Source of the DNA: the human T2T-CHM13v2.0 reference genome, Homo sapiens
DNA: 64,000 nucleotides
Strand: one strand, 5' to 3'
Assembly (NCBI RefSeq): GCF_009914755.1
Contig: NC_060929.1
In this document: positions 1 to 14,438 of the stretch, one piece after another
How the letters are laid out: each line of letters starts with the position of its first letter
Position numbering within the stretch: the first letter of the stretch is position 1
Notes under the pieces: model-generated
What the model saw: only the letters and a program-made list of their open reading frames with translations
Told to the model about the DNA's origin: nothing
Database searches by the model: none
Program-made: the position numbers and the translations under genes

Positions 1-246
1 AAATTGTCACCTTCTTGTGAAATTCACCTTTCTCCCTTACAAATACATACTTCAAAATTTATACCAACAAAAATGCCAATTAGAATGAGTCTAACTCTAA
101 GATAACTAGAAGAAAGCATAATTAAATCTCACATTAGTAGAAGAAAGGTACCTTTCAACATTAAAGAAAGAAAAGGTCAAAAAGAAGAATAAGAATATAT
201 TTCAACATACAAATTAAAAGAAAAAAAACTTATGACTTTTAAAGTA

Positions 247-413
247 AGCCAGGTGTGGTGGTGTAGGCCTGTAGTCCCCACTACTTGTGAGGCTGAGTTG
301 TGAGGATGGCTGGAAGTCAGGACTTTGAGGCAGCAGTGAGCCATAATTGCACCGTTGCACTCCAGCCTCAGCAACAGAGTGAGATCTTCTCTCCAAAAAC
401 AAAAACAAAAAAA
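247..413 (+). mobile_element. Alu monomer / AluJ right arm (FRAM-like)
   Basis: gccaggtgtggtgg...cctgtagtccc...gcagtgagcc...cactccagcc...acagagtgaga followed by an A-rich tail; one arm only. Confidence 0.85.
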
Positions 414-454
414 TGTAATGTTAAATTGAATTTACTGATGAAATACAAACAAAA

Positions 455-837
<383 letters not shown>

Positions 838-969
838 TTACAAATCAATATCTTATGAAGATATGCCAAAGTATTTTTCCAAAATAAAATACATAAAGAG
901 GATGAGAAGTTAATTTACATACCAAAAAAGTACAAATTTATTCTTGCATTCAAAAAAGATAGTTTGAAA

Positions 970-1075
970 GTCTACCTTGTATCAGGTACTGTTTTAGGGG
1001 TTATTGAGAGAACAATAACCATAACAAAAGAGAAAAGAGCTTATGTTCTAATAGGAATAGACTAAAAATAAAGAA
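970..1075 (-). mobile_element. L2 3' fragment
   Basis: ctaccttgtatcaggtactgttttagggg...gagcttatgttcta resembles a reversed L2 3' end; highly decayed. Confidence 0.5.
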
Positions 1076-1077
1076 GG

Positions 1078-1109
<32 letters not shown>

Positions 1110-1110
1110 C
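1078..1110. repeat. (TA)n(TG)n microsatellite
   Basis: Direct reading. Confidence 0.95.
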
Positions 1111-1249
1111 ATATGGTATGGCACTACGTCTTCTAAAGTTGTTTTTAAGTAAAGAAAAAAACTACGTTAGTTGGAAGTAAGTTAACAATAAATATAATCA
1201 ACCTCAGCTTATATCAAAGTATAATTAAAGTAACAATATAATTCAATTA

Positions 1250-1566
<317 letters not shown>

Positions 1567-1599
1567 ATAATTTAATTATTCACTTAAATATTTTTCAAG

Positions 1600-2290
1600 G
1601 TTTTAAAAATATAATAATACCAGTGTGGGTGTGAGTGAGGAGAGATGGTTACTTAAAACCTGCTGGTGACAGCGTAAATTAGTGGAGTCTGTCTGGAAAA
1701 ACAACATGGCCATATGCTGAAAGTGCCTTTTGAGGATCTAAGATTTTATTTCAGCAATAGCATTTTTAGAAATTTATCCTGCAGAAAAAAAACACACTGA
1801 ACAAGTGGGAAAAGATGAATACAGATGCTCCTCAACTTACCATGGCATGATATCCCAATAAGCCAGGTAAAGTCAAAAAAATCATAAATCCAACTGTCGT
1901 AGGCCAGGGACCGTCTCCAAGTAAAGATGTTTATTACAGCACTAGTTTAAAAAGCTAAATCAGGAGGCCAGCTAAATGATGAAGAATAGGGTTAATAAAA
2001 TAAATTTGTTACCAGCATACCAGAAACGCTGTGCAGTTTTTAAATCATATTTTAAAATGTACCTGGTTACCTTTAAAGTAGTAATAACATACTATTATTT
2101 CAAACAATGTAGCCCCTGTGTTTTTAACTATATGTTCTGTTTGAATTATATATTCAAGTCTGGAAATATATAAACCAAAATGTTAGTTTTTTAGAAATTC
2201 TGGGTAGTAGAATTCTGACTTGCTCATTTTTTTGCATTATATTATTCTATAATTTCTAAGTTTTCTAAAAAGAAAGAGTTGCATGTTAGA
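1600..2290 (+). mobile_element. Ancient L1M (L1ME-class) 3' region interrupted by MER47
   Basis: ctgctggtgacagcgtaaattagt...cagcaatagcatttttagaaatttatcct...aagatgtttattacagcac resemble the end of L1 ORF2 and 3'UTR. Confidence 0.6.
1822..1917. mobile_element. MER47C-like Tigger5-derived MITE (~96 bp)
   Basis: Begins TA|cagatgctcctcaacttac and ends gtcgtaggccagggaccgtct, matching MER47 terminal inverted repeats. Confidence 0.75.
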
Positions 2291-2996
2291 CTTATAAAAT
2301 TACAAAAATGGGTGTTATTTTAAAACAGGTTCCAAACAGATGATTGAAACTTTTATGAATGAAAAAATTACTTTTAAATAGAACATAATGTTGTCATATT
2401 AATCTGCAAAAGTCCACAGTCAGTGATAGAAAAATACTAAGGTAAACCTTCTTGTTCTAAAGCCAGTGCTCTTTGTAGGTTTATGTAAACTTAAAAGGCC
2501 TCTACTCAGAGTAACTTATCACTACATGGAAAGCAATTATGTAATTTAAAAACTTCTCTTGATTTATCAGAAATAGAATATTGAGAAAAAATGACATCTA
2601 ATTTTAAAAGTTTATCTTAAAAAAGATAATCCGTTGTCTCTAATAAAATAAAAAGCAACTGACCTATTTTATAGTTTTGTATAAAGATAAAATACAATAT
2701 AAATTTGAAAGATCTTTATAAATTGCAAAATCTGTGCATATTTTACTAATTATATTAAAAATACATAAAATGAAGTATTTCTTTATTTTGTTACCTAGAA
2801 TCTCAAATAGTTAAGAACTTCTCAAATGAGTAATGCAAGGTCCTAAACACTCTGCTCTGTAGAAGGGTTGCATAATTTGTGGTTGGAAAGTACACTTGAA
2901 AAAAAGAGTTACTGTCCTCCAGAAAAAAAGAAAATTAAAATATTTAAAAGAATGTATTCTTGGCTTCAAAATAAACGCTGTGCTTGGCATTCTTGT

Positions 2997-3022
2997 AGAT
3001 AAATAGATGAGATGGATGGATG

Positions 3023-3060
<38 letters not shown>

Positions 3061-3072
3061 TAGATAGATAGA
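2997..3072. repeat. Compound (GATG)n(GATA)n(GACA)n STR
   Basis: Direct reading. Confidence 0.95.
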
Positions 3073-4264
3073 ACACACATCTATTTATGCATGTATGTGT
3101 ATATGCATACATGTGTACATTCTCTGCCAATATGAATAATATTTAAAATCTCAAAATAGCCTGAATATAATTGAAAGGAGAATGCTTTATTCCTTACCCA
3201 AAAAGTGATGGATTTAGCATCAAGAGACAAATGTTCATTTGCTTGAATCTCTAAACATTTAGATGATGCCAGAACTTCTTCCCCAACCCTCCCCTCACTC
3301 GCACCAGAATCTTTCTTTCTCATGAAATTCCAGAAACTTAGTCATTTCCCACACTTCTGCAGAGTTTGTGCTTTTCACAAACCTTGCTGAGACTGCCTCA
3401 GTTGTATGAGCAAAATGATTGGCATGGCTGAGAAAGAATGTGAAGATTGAAAGTACCAGGCCAGCCACACTCTCCTCCAGGAATAATAGGAATGTGGCAA
3501 GGCTTTAATATCTACGAAGAATAATACAGAAAGTGCACTTGGACAAAATGCAAATGATGGCAGCAATTATACCCTCAGAGATGATAGGATTTAAAGAAAC
3601 AGTCTGATTACTCAAAAATAACCATTATAATGCTACAAAGTTCCTGTGGAATTAAGAAAATCTCAATATCCCCTAAAGAGGTACATCATTTTAGTGACAG
3701 AAAAACGTTTATACTACATTATCCTTTTAAAGAATCCTGCTAGCAAAAGATATCAATATTTGTTTGAAAATAGGATGAAAGCCATATTTGGCAGGAGCAT
3801 GTTTGAAGTCTTTCCAGAATGTATTTTTGCTCTCAATGGGACAACAGAACTTGGCCTTTCCCCAACTTTAGAAAGGCATACACATATTCATATGTGTACA
3901 TGTTTATGTCAAAGCAAATGAAAAGTATAACTTTAACAGATGTTCCTCCCTCCCCTCTAACCCAAGTCACTTTTTCCCTGACAGTCATGCATAAACACAA
4001 TTAGTAAAGACCGACATAATGATGATAGCTGTGTTGATGCTTTGAAGGGCTATTTGTGTGACCAAGAAAAAAAAAAAAGACCATCAGGTGTCCTTTTTCA
4101 TATGTGTTTATATATGTGAGATATCTGTTTGAAAGCATACAGCTTCATAAATACTATGTCATGTCAGTCATCTGCAACTTCTTTGCCTACACTCAGAAAC
4201 ATGTCCTGGAGTGTTTTTCATTGCTAAACATAACTTCTTTTAACTATGCCCAAGATCCATTACA

Positions 4265-4485
4265 TAATAATGGCTAACATTTATTTAACACTTATTATGC
4301 ACAAGACATTTTGGTATTTTACCTGGACCGTTTTATTCAATTCTCATAAATGAGTTAGATATACATTAGGATTTCTAATTTACAAATAGAAAATAAAGTC
4401 ACAGAGAAGTATAGCTACATTCTCAAGGTCACACTGTGAGGAAACAGCAGAGCTGAATTTTGAATCCAGATGGTTGGATTCTTCT
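4265..4485 (-). mobile_element. MIR, inside decayed L1M sequence (~4110-4670)
   Basis: tttacaaatagaaaataaagtcacagagaagt...caaggtcacac...gagctgaattttgaatccag is the MIR core in reverse. Confidence 0.75.
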
Positions 4486-4711
4486 CTATAATAATTTACA
4501 GCCTCCTTTATAGATGCCTACTTTTTAAAATATTCCCTCATTAGTGGACAATTAGTTTATTACAAGTTTTGCTTAATAAACATTGCTTCTGTAAACATCC
4601 CTGTCTCAACCTCTTTGTGTGCTCATTTGAGCAACCCTCTTATACACTTAGACGTGCAGTTCCTAGAGGAAGATTACTCATAGGTCGTCCTTCAGCACTT
4701 ACCTTAACATA

Positions 4712-4950
4712 AAGCCTAGAAGTTAAGAGCTTTCAGCTATGAATCACTCAGACCTAAATTCAAATATGTTTTCTAGTAAGGGGCTTTGGGGAAAAGGTCT
4801 TTGGAAACCTGTTTACTCATATGTACAGTGAGAATACTGACACTACCTCTCAAAATTTTGTTAGAGAATAAACGAGTTAATGCACATGAAGAGCTTAATC
4901 TAGTACCTAGTACATGGTGAGTATTCAGGAAATAATTACTATTGTTATCA
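4712..4950 (+). mobile_element. MIR
   Basis: gttaagagc...cagacctaaattcaaat...cctgtttactcatatgtacagtgagaatactgacactacctc...gagttaatgcacatgaagagctta. Confidence 0.75.
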
Positions 4951-6710
4951 ACTTTATTGGGAAACCTCTGTATCCCAAGTCTAAGGTAAATGTATTACTA
5001 TACATTCCCATTTTATCCTATGATGCCCTATAAACCATACATCATTCCTTCCCATTATAACGTAAGCAATCTCTCTCTCTCTGTCTCTCCATGTGTCTGT
5101 AAAGGTACCTGATACCATCCATGTTTCATGAAAATAGCAAGTAATGGAGGTGTAGAAAATAAATTCCCCAAAGGCTCTTTCTAATTCTACCCCATCTTTT
5201 TGACCATCAATCTAAGAATCTTTTAATCATATTGATTTCTTTATATTCCTTTAATCCAAACATAATTTTTCTTTGTTGAATTATTTCATGGGCCAATATG
5301 CTTTAAAATAACTGAACGAAAGACAACCACTTTTAAAAGACTGAAATCCCTTTGAAATATACAACTGGGCCAAATTCAACCCCCCAAAATGACACGTTTA
5401 CGTTCTGATCAGATCAATGACAACCATGCAGGCTTCTGCAGGCCACAAAGTAAAAATGTGGTTCCAGCTCTCGCCTTTAGTGATGCACATTGATCAAAAT
5501 AAGTGAACAATGAGAAATTTCCATTTTACTCTGTGTGGTATAGACACAGCATGAAGTTGTTGCAGTTTGTTTTATTCAGTTTGCCTGAGGGAAAACTCAT
5601 TTTGCAGTTTTAATAATATATTGAGATGGTTTAATGATGAATAGCATTTCAGAACTTTTAATCAGCTCACCACAATAACTAGAGTAAACTGAACCTGTGA
5701 AGTCTTAATAGAGATGAGAGGAAACGTCACCTAACTTATACTAACTATACTAACATCACTTATTATCACCTTATCATATACTTTTAATTTTTATTTCATT
5801 AATTCTGTGAGGTTTCTTCCCACCCTTTTTTCCTGCCTTGCTAGATTTTATTCTTCATTCATTTCATATAACTTTGTGTCTTCATAACTGACTTCGACTC
5901 CTATATTTGGAAATTCTGCTATCACTTGAATAGAAACTTGGGGTTCATTCTTATTAAGGTCAAAGGAAGAAGTATCTGCAGCTGAATTTGTTGCTTGTCA
6001 AAGTACACAAGTGAAATGAAATATAGGGAAAGTTTCCAAAGTGAGAATGAAAAGAGATACACAATATTATGGAATTGGAAGTAAACTGGGTTTCATCTCC
6101 CTGATCCATGTAATTTCTCCTCTTTTCCACTGTTTTCATCATTCTGTATGTGCATGTTGCATAATTTGTTATGAGAAAACTGTGAGAGAATTTAAAGAAT
6201 GAAGTGGAGACTTGGGAGTTGGGTTCAATCCTGAAATTCATTTATGTCAACATCAGGCAGTAAAGGAAGGAAGTAAGTTGCAGAACTTCAAGAGAGACTT
6301 TATCCAAAGCAGCATAGAAAGAGAGACAGAACATAAAAGAATAAGGAGCAGAGTCCTGTCTGTGCCCAGATGCAAAAACTTGGAAAGTATTTGTCAGCTC
6401 TGGCAGCTTCTGCCAAACAAGCAATACTGTAAGGCAGAGGCAGACGTCCAAATGGCCTGAACCATCAGTCCCAATCCTACCACCATGTACCCAAAACACC
6501 CATTAAGGGTTGATGCACAGCAGCCTTGATCCTGTGCCCACTGTGATAGGTTCCAACTCTCCTTCCAGAGAGCAGAGTGATTATTTCTGACTCCTCTCCT
6601 ACTAACCACTACACTAATGAGTTGTTCCTTTAATGATCATGTGAGGTTTTGAAAGAAATAATTGGCTTAGTATAGAAAAGAGAAACATTAAAATTGTGTC
6701 TTCAATATCA

Positions 6711-6890
6711 TTTTAAAAACCTCTCCGTGTGATATATCAAAGTTCCAAAACAAAACTATAATTAGTTGGATCTCTAATGGAAAATATAGGTATAGTGAAG
6801 TTTTAAAAACTTCTCTGTGTCATACATCAAAGTTCCAAAACAAAAGTATAATTAGTTGGGGCTCTAGTGAAAAATACGGGTATAGTGAAG
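6711..6890. repeat. Tandem duplication, 2 x 90 bp
   Basis: 6711-6800 vs 6801-6890 align without gaps, 79/90 identical by hand count. Confidence 0.95.
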
Positions 6891-8800
6891 TTCTTATATT
6901 AACTTCAGCACCTTAGCCCAGCAGAATTGGTAAAATTCTCAGCTGTAAGAAATGCTTGGTTCTCTCAAGATACTCTTCTCAGGTAAATTTCCCAGTTCTT
7001 TTGTATCCACCATATAGTCATGATCTATGACTAATCACAACCCATAATATACTGGGCATTTCCTTATATTTGTGCTGATAAATATTTTCCTTAGTGTTTC
7101 TGACAGCTATTGTTCGGTTTTGTAGATTCTGCTTTTATTAAACCTCTGTGGCTCTAAGAACGGCTACTACTAATTTGATACTCTCAAAGCCAAAAGGTAT
7201 GGTGGCTCATTAATTTGCAACTGATGTTGTGCAAATGCTCTCAGTAACTTCTGATCGCTTCCATAGGATTGCCTTCTGAGTTGCATTCCAACTACCCAGA
7301 AGTAATTGGTTATACTTCATTCTTGGATAGTCTTCTAAAATAGCTTCCTAAATTAACGCTAAGGTGTTATGTACACATCTCTGGGTCAATGAGGTGTGGT
7401 TTACAAAAGCATTTATTCATTCATTTAATAATTTATAAATCACTTATTGAAAACACATTTATGTTGAAGCAATGTGAATGACCCAGGGCTATGAAGACAT
7501 GGCTTATTCACATTACAATCAGGTAGAGAGAGATAACATATAAACCAGCATGTGTACAAAATATGATATACACTGTAAAAAAGATTCAGCAGAAGAAAAA
7601 GGCAATGGTCAACTCTACCTGGGGAGAAAAAAAATAGTCTTTTCTACAGCCCAAGAATTCTTGAAGTACCATTAAAAGACTATTGTGTGCAGCTGAAATA
7701 TGTGTCATCAAATTAAAACTTTGAATATATAACATTATGGACAAACAAAGATATTCAGTGAACGTTCCAAAACTTTACCCTCCTCCACTTCCAGAAGCAA
7801 AAAATGAATTCATAGCTTGTAAATGTTGATCTCAAATGGGAAAATAAAGAAAAACATTTGTTTCCTAGCATCTTTTCTAGAAATTTCCAGTTTTCTTCTC
7901 TTTGTGTTTCACCTCCTTGTCAGAACTTAGTAAAGTCAAACTTTCCAACAAAAAGTTAATGGCTGTGCTCACTTCCGAAGAGAATCAATTAAACTTATAC
8001 ATTTCATAATTTTTTACAATGCTAGACTTATGTTGAAAAGATTGATTTTTGTATTCCATTCTCCTTAAGTTAATCTTTAAAAGAAGCATACTTTAAAATA
8101 TTTTAATATAAGATAAAAATTATACATTAAATATTCTCAGTGAAACACAACTTTATGCTGTCACCTTTCATCTTTAAGCCCCCAAATTCAGTATAAAATT
8201 GTAGGTCTATAGCATTAATTGCTACTGCTTTCTATAAAAAGGTTTTTGATAATTTTCATGTTTCAGATCTGCAAATTCCATTCTGTGATACTTTTTTTGT
8301 TTCAAAGTAATCATTAATAGAATTAATTCATTTTTAGTTATCAGGTATATAAAGACTAGGAACAACATTTGTTGGCAGATTCATAGGATTTTCTAGTTGA
8401 GATTGATGTGATTATTTATAGCATTAAATCTCTAAAAAGCATGAAATTCTCTTTCATACTCTCACCTTCATGAAGTCTATGAAAATCGATCAGTTGGAAT
8501 AGTTCATATTCTACTTCCTATAATAAATAAAGTCAGTAAAAAAAGGTAGATAAAGCTTGTCTTTACTGTGGACATTATAAAATCCAATTTTAAAAATAAG
8601 AGTTTTGATCTGTATATGATGATTCTGAGCACATAACCATTAATTTAACAATAGAAGGCAGATAAGAATTATTTGACCCATATGGTCTAATAAAGTTTTA
8701 GAAATTAAATAATGCATGTACTTTTGTAGAAAGCAAAGAAAGGCATTTGAAAGGATATAATCACCTATCATCTCTTCCCACAGGACAACCACTATTTTCT

Positions 8801-8803
<3 letters not shown>

Positions 8804-8832
<29 letters not shown>
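8804..8832. repeat. (CA)n microsatellite
   Basis: Direct reading. Confidence 0.95.
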
Positions 8833-8835
<3 letters not shown>

Positions 8836-10159
8836 TGCATGAACAAAAGCATTAAAGAACTGTTTCTTTTCAAAGATAGAAAATGTCCATTAAAATCACT
8901 CTTACAGCTATTAAAACTATTATAACATTAAAATAAAAGATTAAAAACAAACTCCAATGCACAGAAGTATTCAACTTTTTGAAAATTTCTTTCCTCCACT
9001 AAATAAGTTAGTAGTTAATAAATAAATTTTAATTTTTTATAATAAGTAGCAACAGACATTGCAAAAAGCTAACATACCCATCAAAAGAAATATTACCACT
9101 GACAACATGCATGTGTACTGTAGGTTTTGTGTATTTCTCAGGCTGCAATAATGCCATTGAGACAGTGGGGATATCAGAGCTGACACTGAGTGATCAAACT
9201 GAATTAAAAAATAAAAAAGTAAACCTTGTTAGTCACAAAGGCAGCGGGAGCAGCAGGGAGGGCTGGGGGTGGCAAAGAAATGTGCTTTTTAGTCTTACCT
9301 CCTACAGCCCCAGAGGAAATATGTTGATTTTTGGTGCGATTAGTTGCCACAAAAACTCTGCTCTAAGGAACCCTGTCTATTTCTTTACCTTCCAGGAACT
9401 ATTATAATATTTTTAATTATTATGAAGCTTTCACGAAGATGCTCAGGGTGTTACATCAACAATTAAAACATCATCATCATAAACAATAACAATTAAAACC
9501 ACATAAAGTGCACAGCACAAAACAGCCACAGAATACCGAGTACAATGGCACTGTTCAATGAGAAGGGCCCTTTTTGTAGTGTTTTCTGTAATGTGACATT
9601 ACATAATTATATTCTGAAGTTCAAGACCGGAAGCAGTCAAAAAGCATCATCTGTCGACAAACTACAAAACAACTCCACATTGGTCTATGGAACATTGGCC
9701 TCATATTTGGGGGAATTACCTAGTATCCACTGCTTTCTTTAAAATCATGACTTTAAAAAAAATTGAATGCCAATTAAAATGAAGAAAGAACCCACTGACA
9801 GAGATTCTGGCAGAATAGAAAATGCTTGTAGGATTTTAGTACCTCTGTCTCCTCTTCCATATTCCACTGATTGTGGCGATTAGTAAGTTGCTTAAGCCCT
9901 TTATAATTCCATTTCAGCGTCTGTGAACAAGGAGCAAAATTGTTTCTGGCACCAGAGAAATTACTTTAGGATGTACTAACGAAAGATTCTGCTACTCAAG
10001 TAATTCACATAACACTGCCCACGAATCCACTGTATAGCCAGGGATACCAACTCTCTGGTTTGAAATATACATTTCCTTTGTAGATATTTTAAGTAAATGA
10101 TATTCAGTGACTTCTTCATTATAGAAATGGCAAATATATATATTCTTTTCTTTTATAAT

Positions 10160-12420
10160 TGAATAAAGTTTTTATTGAAATCTATCCTACACACCATAAG
10201 GTAAGGCGAGAATATAGATATAGCTTGAGGAATTTTCACAAATCAAGCATACCCATGCACTCACCACTCAGATGAATAAATTGGACAATCCACTAACACA
10301 GTAACCTCCTTTCTGTCTGCTCCAAGTTGTTACACTATTCCCAAAAAGGTAACCAGTGGGCTGCCTTCTTTGGCTATCTCTTTGCTCTACCTGGTTTTGT
10401 GCTTCATGGAAATAGGTTTATACCGCACTTAGTGTTTTATGTTTCTTCTTTTGCTCAATATAATGTTTGTGAAATTCACCCATGTTGCTGTGAGCAGTAA
10501 TAGTGCCTTCATTTACATTATCGTATGGCATCACTTTATGTGAACATACCATGACTACTTGGTTATATTAGGTTTTAGGCTGCTGTCATGAACGTTCTTG
10601 TGTATGTCATTTGATGTGCATAGCTTTTCATTTAAGTATACATCTATGATAGAATGTCACAGAGTTTCTGAATGTTCAGAATGTCATAGAGTTTGTGGAT
10701 CTTCAGCTTCAGTAAATACTGCCCAACAATCTTTCAAAGTGGCTAGCTCATTTTACATAATGACTACCTGAATATAAGATTTCCATTTGTTCAACATCCT
10801 TATCAAGAATTTTCATTTTCAGCGTTTTAAATTTTAAACTTTCATTTTTAAGTTAATTTATTCTGCTTCATTTTTAATATAATCTCATTTTGGTTTTAAT
10901 TTTAATTTCTCTGATGACTAATGATGCTGAGCAGCTGTCTATGCATATTGGACATTTGAATATCTTCTTTTCTTCAATACTTTTGCCCTTTTTCTAAATT
11001 CTAAAAATTAAGTCTGTTTTTCTTGATTTAAAGAAGTTACATTCATACTCCTGAACATAGGAGTTTAGGAAAGGAGGACTGCCTTTCTCATGAATATGTA
11101 TTGCCAACATAGTCTTCCACTCGGAGGTTTATCTTTTTTGTTTCTTACTGGCCATTTTTAATAAATAGAAGCAATAAATTTTCATAAAGTCCACTCTAGA
11201 AGTCTTTTACTTTTCTAGCAAATTTTTTGATAGCCTATTTGAGAAATATTTATAAACCCCAAAATCACAAGGACAGTCTCTGTTATCTTTTAAAAGGTGT
11301 TTGTTTTACATTTAAATTTAGATCTACAATCCACGGAGATTGCTATTTCTTTTTAATCATCTGAGGTAGCAATCAAGAGAAACATTTTTTTTTTCCATAT
11401 GAATATTCAATTGACCTAGAACCACTTATTGAAAAAGAACACCTTTTCCCAATTGCACTAGACAGGAACTTTGTCATAATTCAAGTGAGTGTATCTGGAT
11501 GCTGTGTGTGGCTTTGTTTATCCTTACTTTATCACTCCACTGTCTTAATTACTGGTGATTTAAAGTGTAGATATTTAGCAATGTGAGATTCCTCACTTTG
11601 TTCTTTTCCAAAATTTTCATTTCTATTCTTGGTCTTTTGCTTTTCCACACATATTTATATTCAGCTTGTCAATTTCCAACAAAAAATGATGGAATTTTGA
11701 TTGGAATTCCATTGACTATATAAATCAATTAGGGCATACTGGATATACAACACTAGATTATCCAGTCCATGAACATGGTATCATTATTCACTCATTTAGT
11801 CTTCTCTAATTCCTTTATGCCTCCTAGCTTTATTTGTAGAGATCCTGAATATACTGTATTAGGTTTATTCCTAGGTATTTGATGTATTTTAAAGCTATTC
11901 TAAAAGTTACCATTATAAAATTTTTATTTTCTAAAGTTTGCTTATATTTAGAAATGTTTGATGGTTATGTTAATCTTACATGTAACACTGCTGAATTTAC
12001 TAGTTAATTTTTACTAGTTATTCAATTGTATTTTACACAAATTATGACATATTTTTTTTCCTCCAACACATTGCTATATATTTATTTATTTACTTCATTG
12101 TACTGGCCAAGAACTGCAGGATGATGTTGAATAGAATTGGTGATGGTGGCATTGTTATCTCAATTTTCTCAAGAGAAAGTTTTCAATATTTAACCATTAA
12201 ATAGGATGTTTGCTATAGGTTTTTGTTGATATCTTTTATCAGATTAAGAACATTCCTTGTTTGCTAAAAATTGTTATTATGGAAAGGGGTTGAATTTTAT
12301 CAAATGCCTTTTCTACATCTATTATGATGATCATATTGTATTTTTCTTCTTTATTCTGTTAGCATAGTTAAATTACACTGATTGATTTTTGAATGTTAAC
12401 CTAATGTTCAATTCCCATAA
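10160..12420 (-). mobile_element. Ancient L1M (L1ME/MD-class), ORF2 3' part and 3'UTR
   Basis: Reverse L1 hallmarks such as gatgactaatgatgctgagca, tccatgaacatggtat, atgttgaatagaattggtga, gttgaattttatcaaatgcc; contains a 27-bp tandem duplication at 10651-10704. Confidence 0.85.
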
Positions 12421-14438
12421 TAATATGCTGGATAATTTTCTTACATTTTCTAGAATATGTCAAGTATGAAAAAAGGTTTCATTATAAAAATAATAAGACT
12501 TTAAAAATTATCTTATTTTTACTAGTTTCTGACTCCTTTCTGTAAGGCATGCAAAGCTACCTGCTGCAGATCACCTCACTGGTTTTAATTGACCCTCAGG
12601 TATGCTTTTGTGATGAACTGGGGAATTCATGCTCTCTTTGTCCATTATAGCTTATATAACTGAGTAACTGGTAGCTGAGCATCTTAATATAGGAATAAAT
12701 ATAAAATGTTATTTATTTCATTGTAGGAAAATGGCTTACCCTTAAGCAATTTTTAAAATATTGTCTAATAACAGTTATTATTGTCTAAAGACTGTCAATA
12801 CAGGGCTTTTGTAATAATCAGTTCTGGTGTCCACTTTAAAATATTGATGAAGGCTTTTAGTATTATAAACAAAGTTTTTCTGAGCTTCCTCAGATCTGAT
12901 TAGTAATTTACTTTTCAGAACCTCTTCCAACCTATCTTATAATTCTAGATGGCAAATGTAGTACAAATAAAAGATATATTTTATGAAAAATGTAAATGCC
13001 ACACAAAAATGTATAAGCTCAGTCACTTTAAAAACATGATGTGGCCTTCTACCCCCAGATGTCTATACCTTTCAACAAAATTTGGAAGTGGAGGGGATCC
13101 CTGGGCAAGATGGCCAAACAGGAACAGCTCTGGTCTGCAGCTCCAAGCAACACCAATGCAGAAAGCAGTTGATTTCTGCATTTCCAACTGAGGTATCCAG
13201 TTCATCTCATTGGGACTGGTTAGACAGTGGGTGCAGCCAACGGAGGGCGAGCAGAAGCAGGGTGGGCTATTGCCTCACCCAGGAAACTCAAGAGGTTGGG
13301 GAACTCCCTCCCCTAACCAAGGATAGCCATGAGGGACTGTGCCTTGAGGGACAGAGCATTCAGGCCCAGGTACGCTTTTATCACAGCCTTCCCAACCCAC
13401 AACCAGGAGATTTGCTCAGGTGTCTACACCACCAGGGCCCTGGGTTTCAAGCACAAAACTGGATGACCATTTGGGCAGACACTGACCTAGCTGCAGGAGT
13501 TTTTTTTTCATACCCCAGTGCCACTTGGAGTGTCAGCAAGACAGAACCATTCACTCCCCTGGAAAGGGGACTGAAGCTAGGGAGCCAAGTGATATAGTTA
13601 TGCGAATCCCACCCCAAAGAGCCCAGCAAGGTAAAATCCACTGGCTTGAAATTCTTGCTGCCAGCATAGCAGTCTGAAGTCAACCCGGGATGCTCGATCT
13701 TGAAGAGGGGGGACGGGCGTCTGCCATTAATGAGGCTTGAGTAGGCAGTTTTCCCTTCACAATACAAACAAAGCCCCCAGGAAGTTTGGACTGGGTGGAG
13801 CCCATCACAGCTCAGCAAGGCCCTTGTGGCCAGATTGCCTCTCTAGATTCCTCCTCTCTGGGCAGGGCATCTTTGCAAGAAATGCATCAGCCCCAGTCAA
13901 GGGCATATAGATAAAACTCCCATCTCCCCGGGACAGAGTACCTGGGGGAAGGGGTGGCTGTTGGCGCAGCTTCAGCAGACTTAAATATTCCTTCCTGCCA
14001 GGTCTGAAGAGAGCAGCAGATCTCCCAGCACAGTGCTCAAGCTCTGCTAAGGGACAGACTGCCTCCTCAAGTGGGTCCCTGACACCCCCGTTGTCTCCTG
14101 ATGGGGAGGCACCTCCCAGCAGGGGTCGACAGACACCTCATACAGGAGAGCTCTGGCTGGTATCTGGCGAGTGCCCCTCTGGGACAAAGCTTCCAGAGAA
14201 GGGAACAGCCAGCAATCTTTGCTGTTCTGCAACCTCAGCTGGTGATATCCATGGAAACAAGGTCTGGATTGGACCCCCAGCAAACTCCAGCAAACCTGCA
14301 GAAGAGGGACCTGACTGTTAGAAGGAAAACCAACAAACAGAAAGCAATGGCATCAACATCAACAAAAAGGATGATCATGGAAAAACTTCATCCAAAGGCT
14401 ACCAACAGCAAAGACAAAAGGTAGATAAATCCATGAAG

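Noticed and set aside
6711-6890. CRISPR-like or minisatellite reading of the repeats
   Set aside because: Only two adjacent units, no spacers, and a primate genomic context
7125-7205. Possible plus-strand micro-exon (ttttgtag ... AAG|gtatgg), and isolated gtaagt donors near 30607 and 31807
   Set aside because: Such motifs are expected by chance in 64 kb; no coding frame or partner exon supports them
13082-14424. 171-aa and neighbouring ORFs
   Set aside because: Lie in the GC-rich L1PA7 5'UTR; chance open frames with no domain similarity I can see
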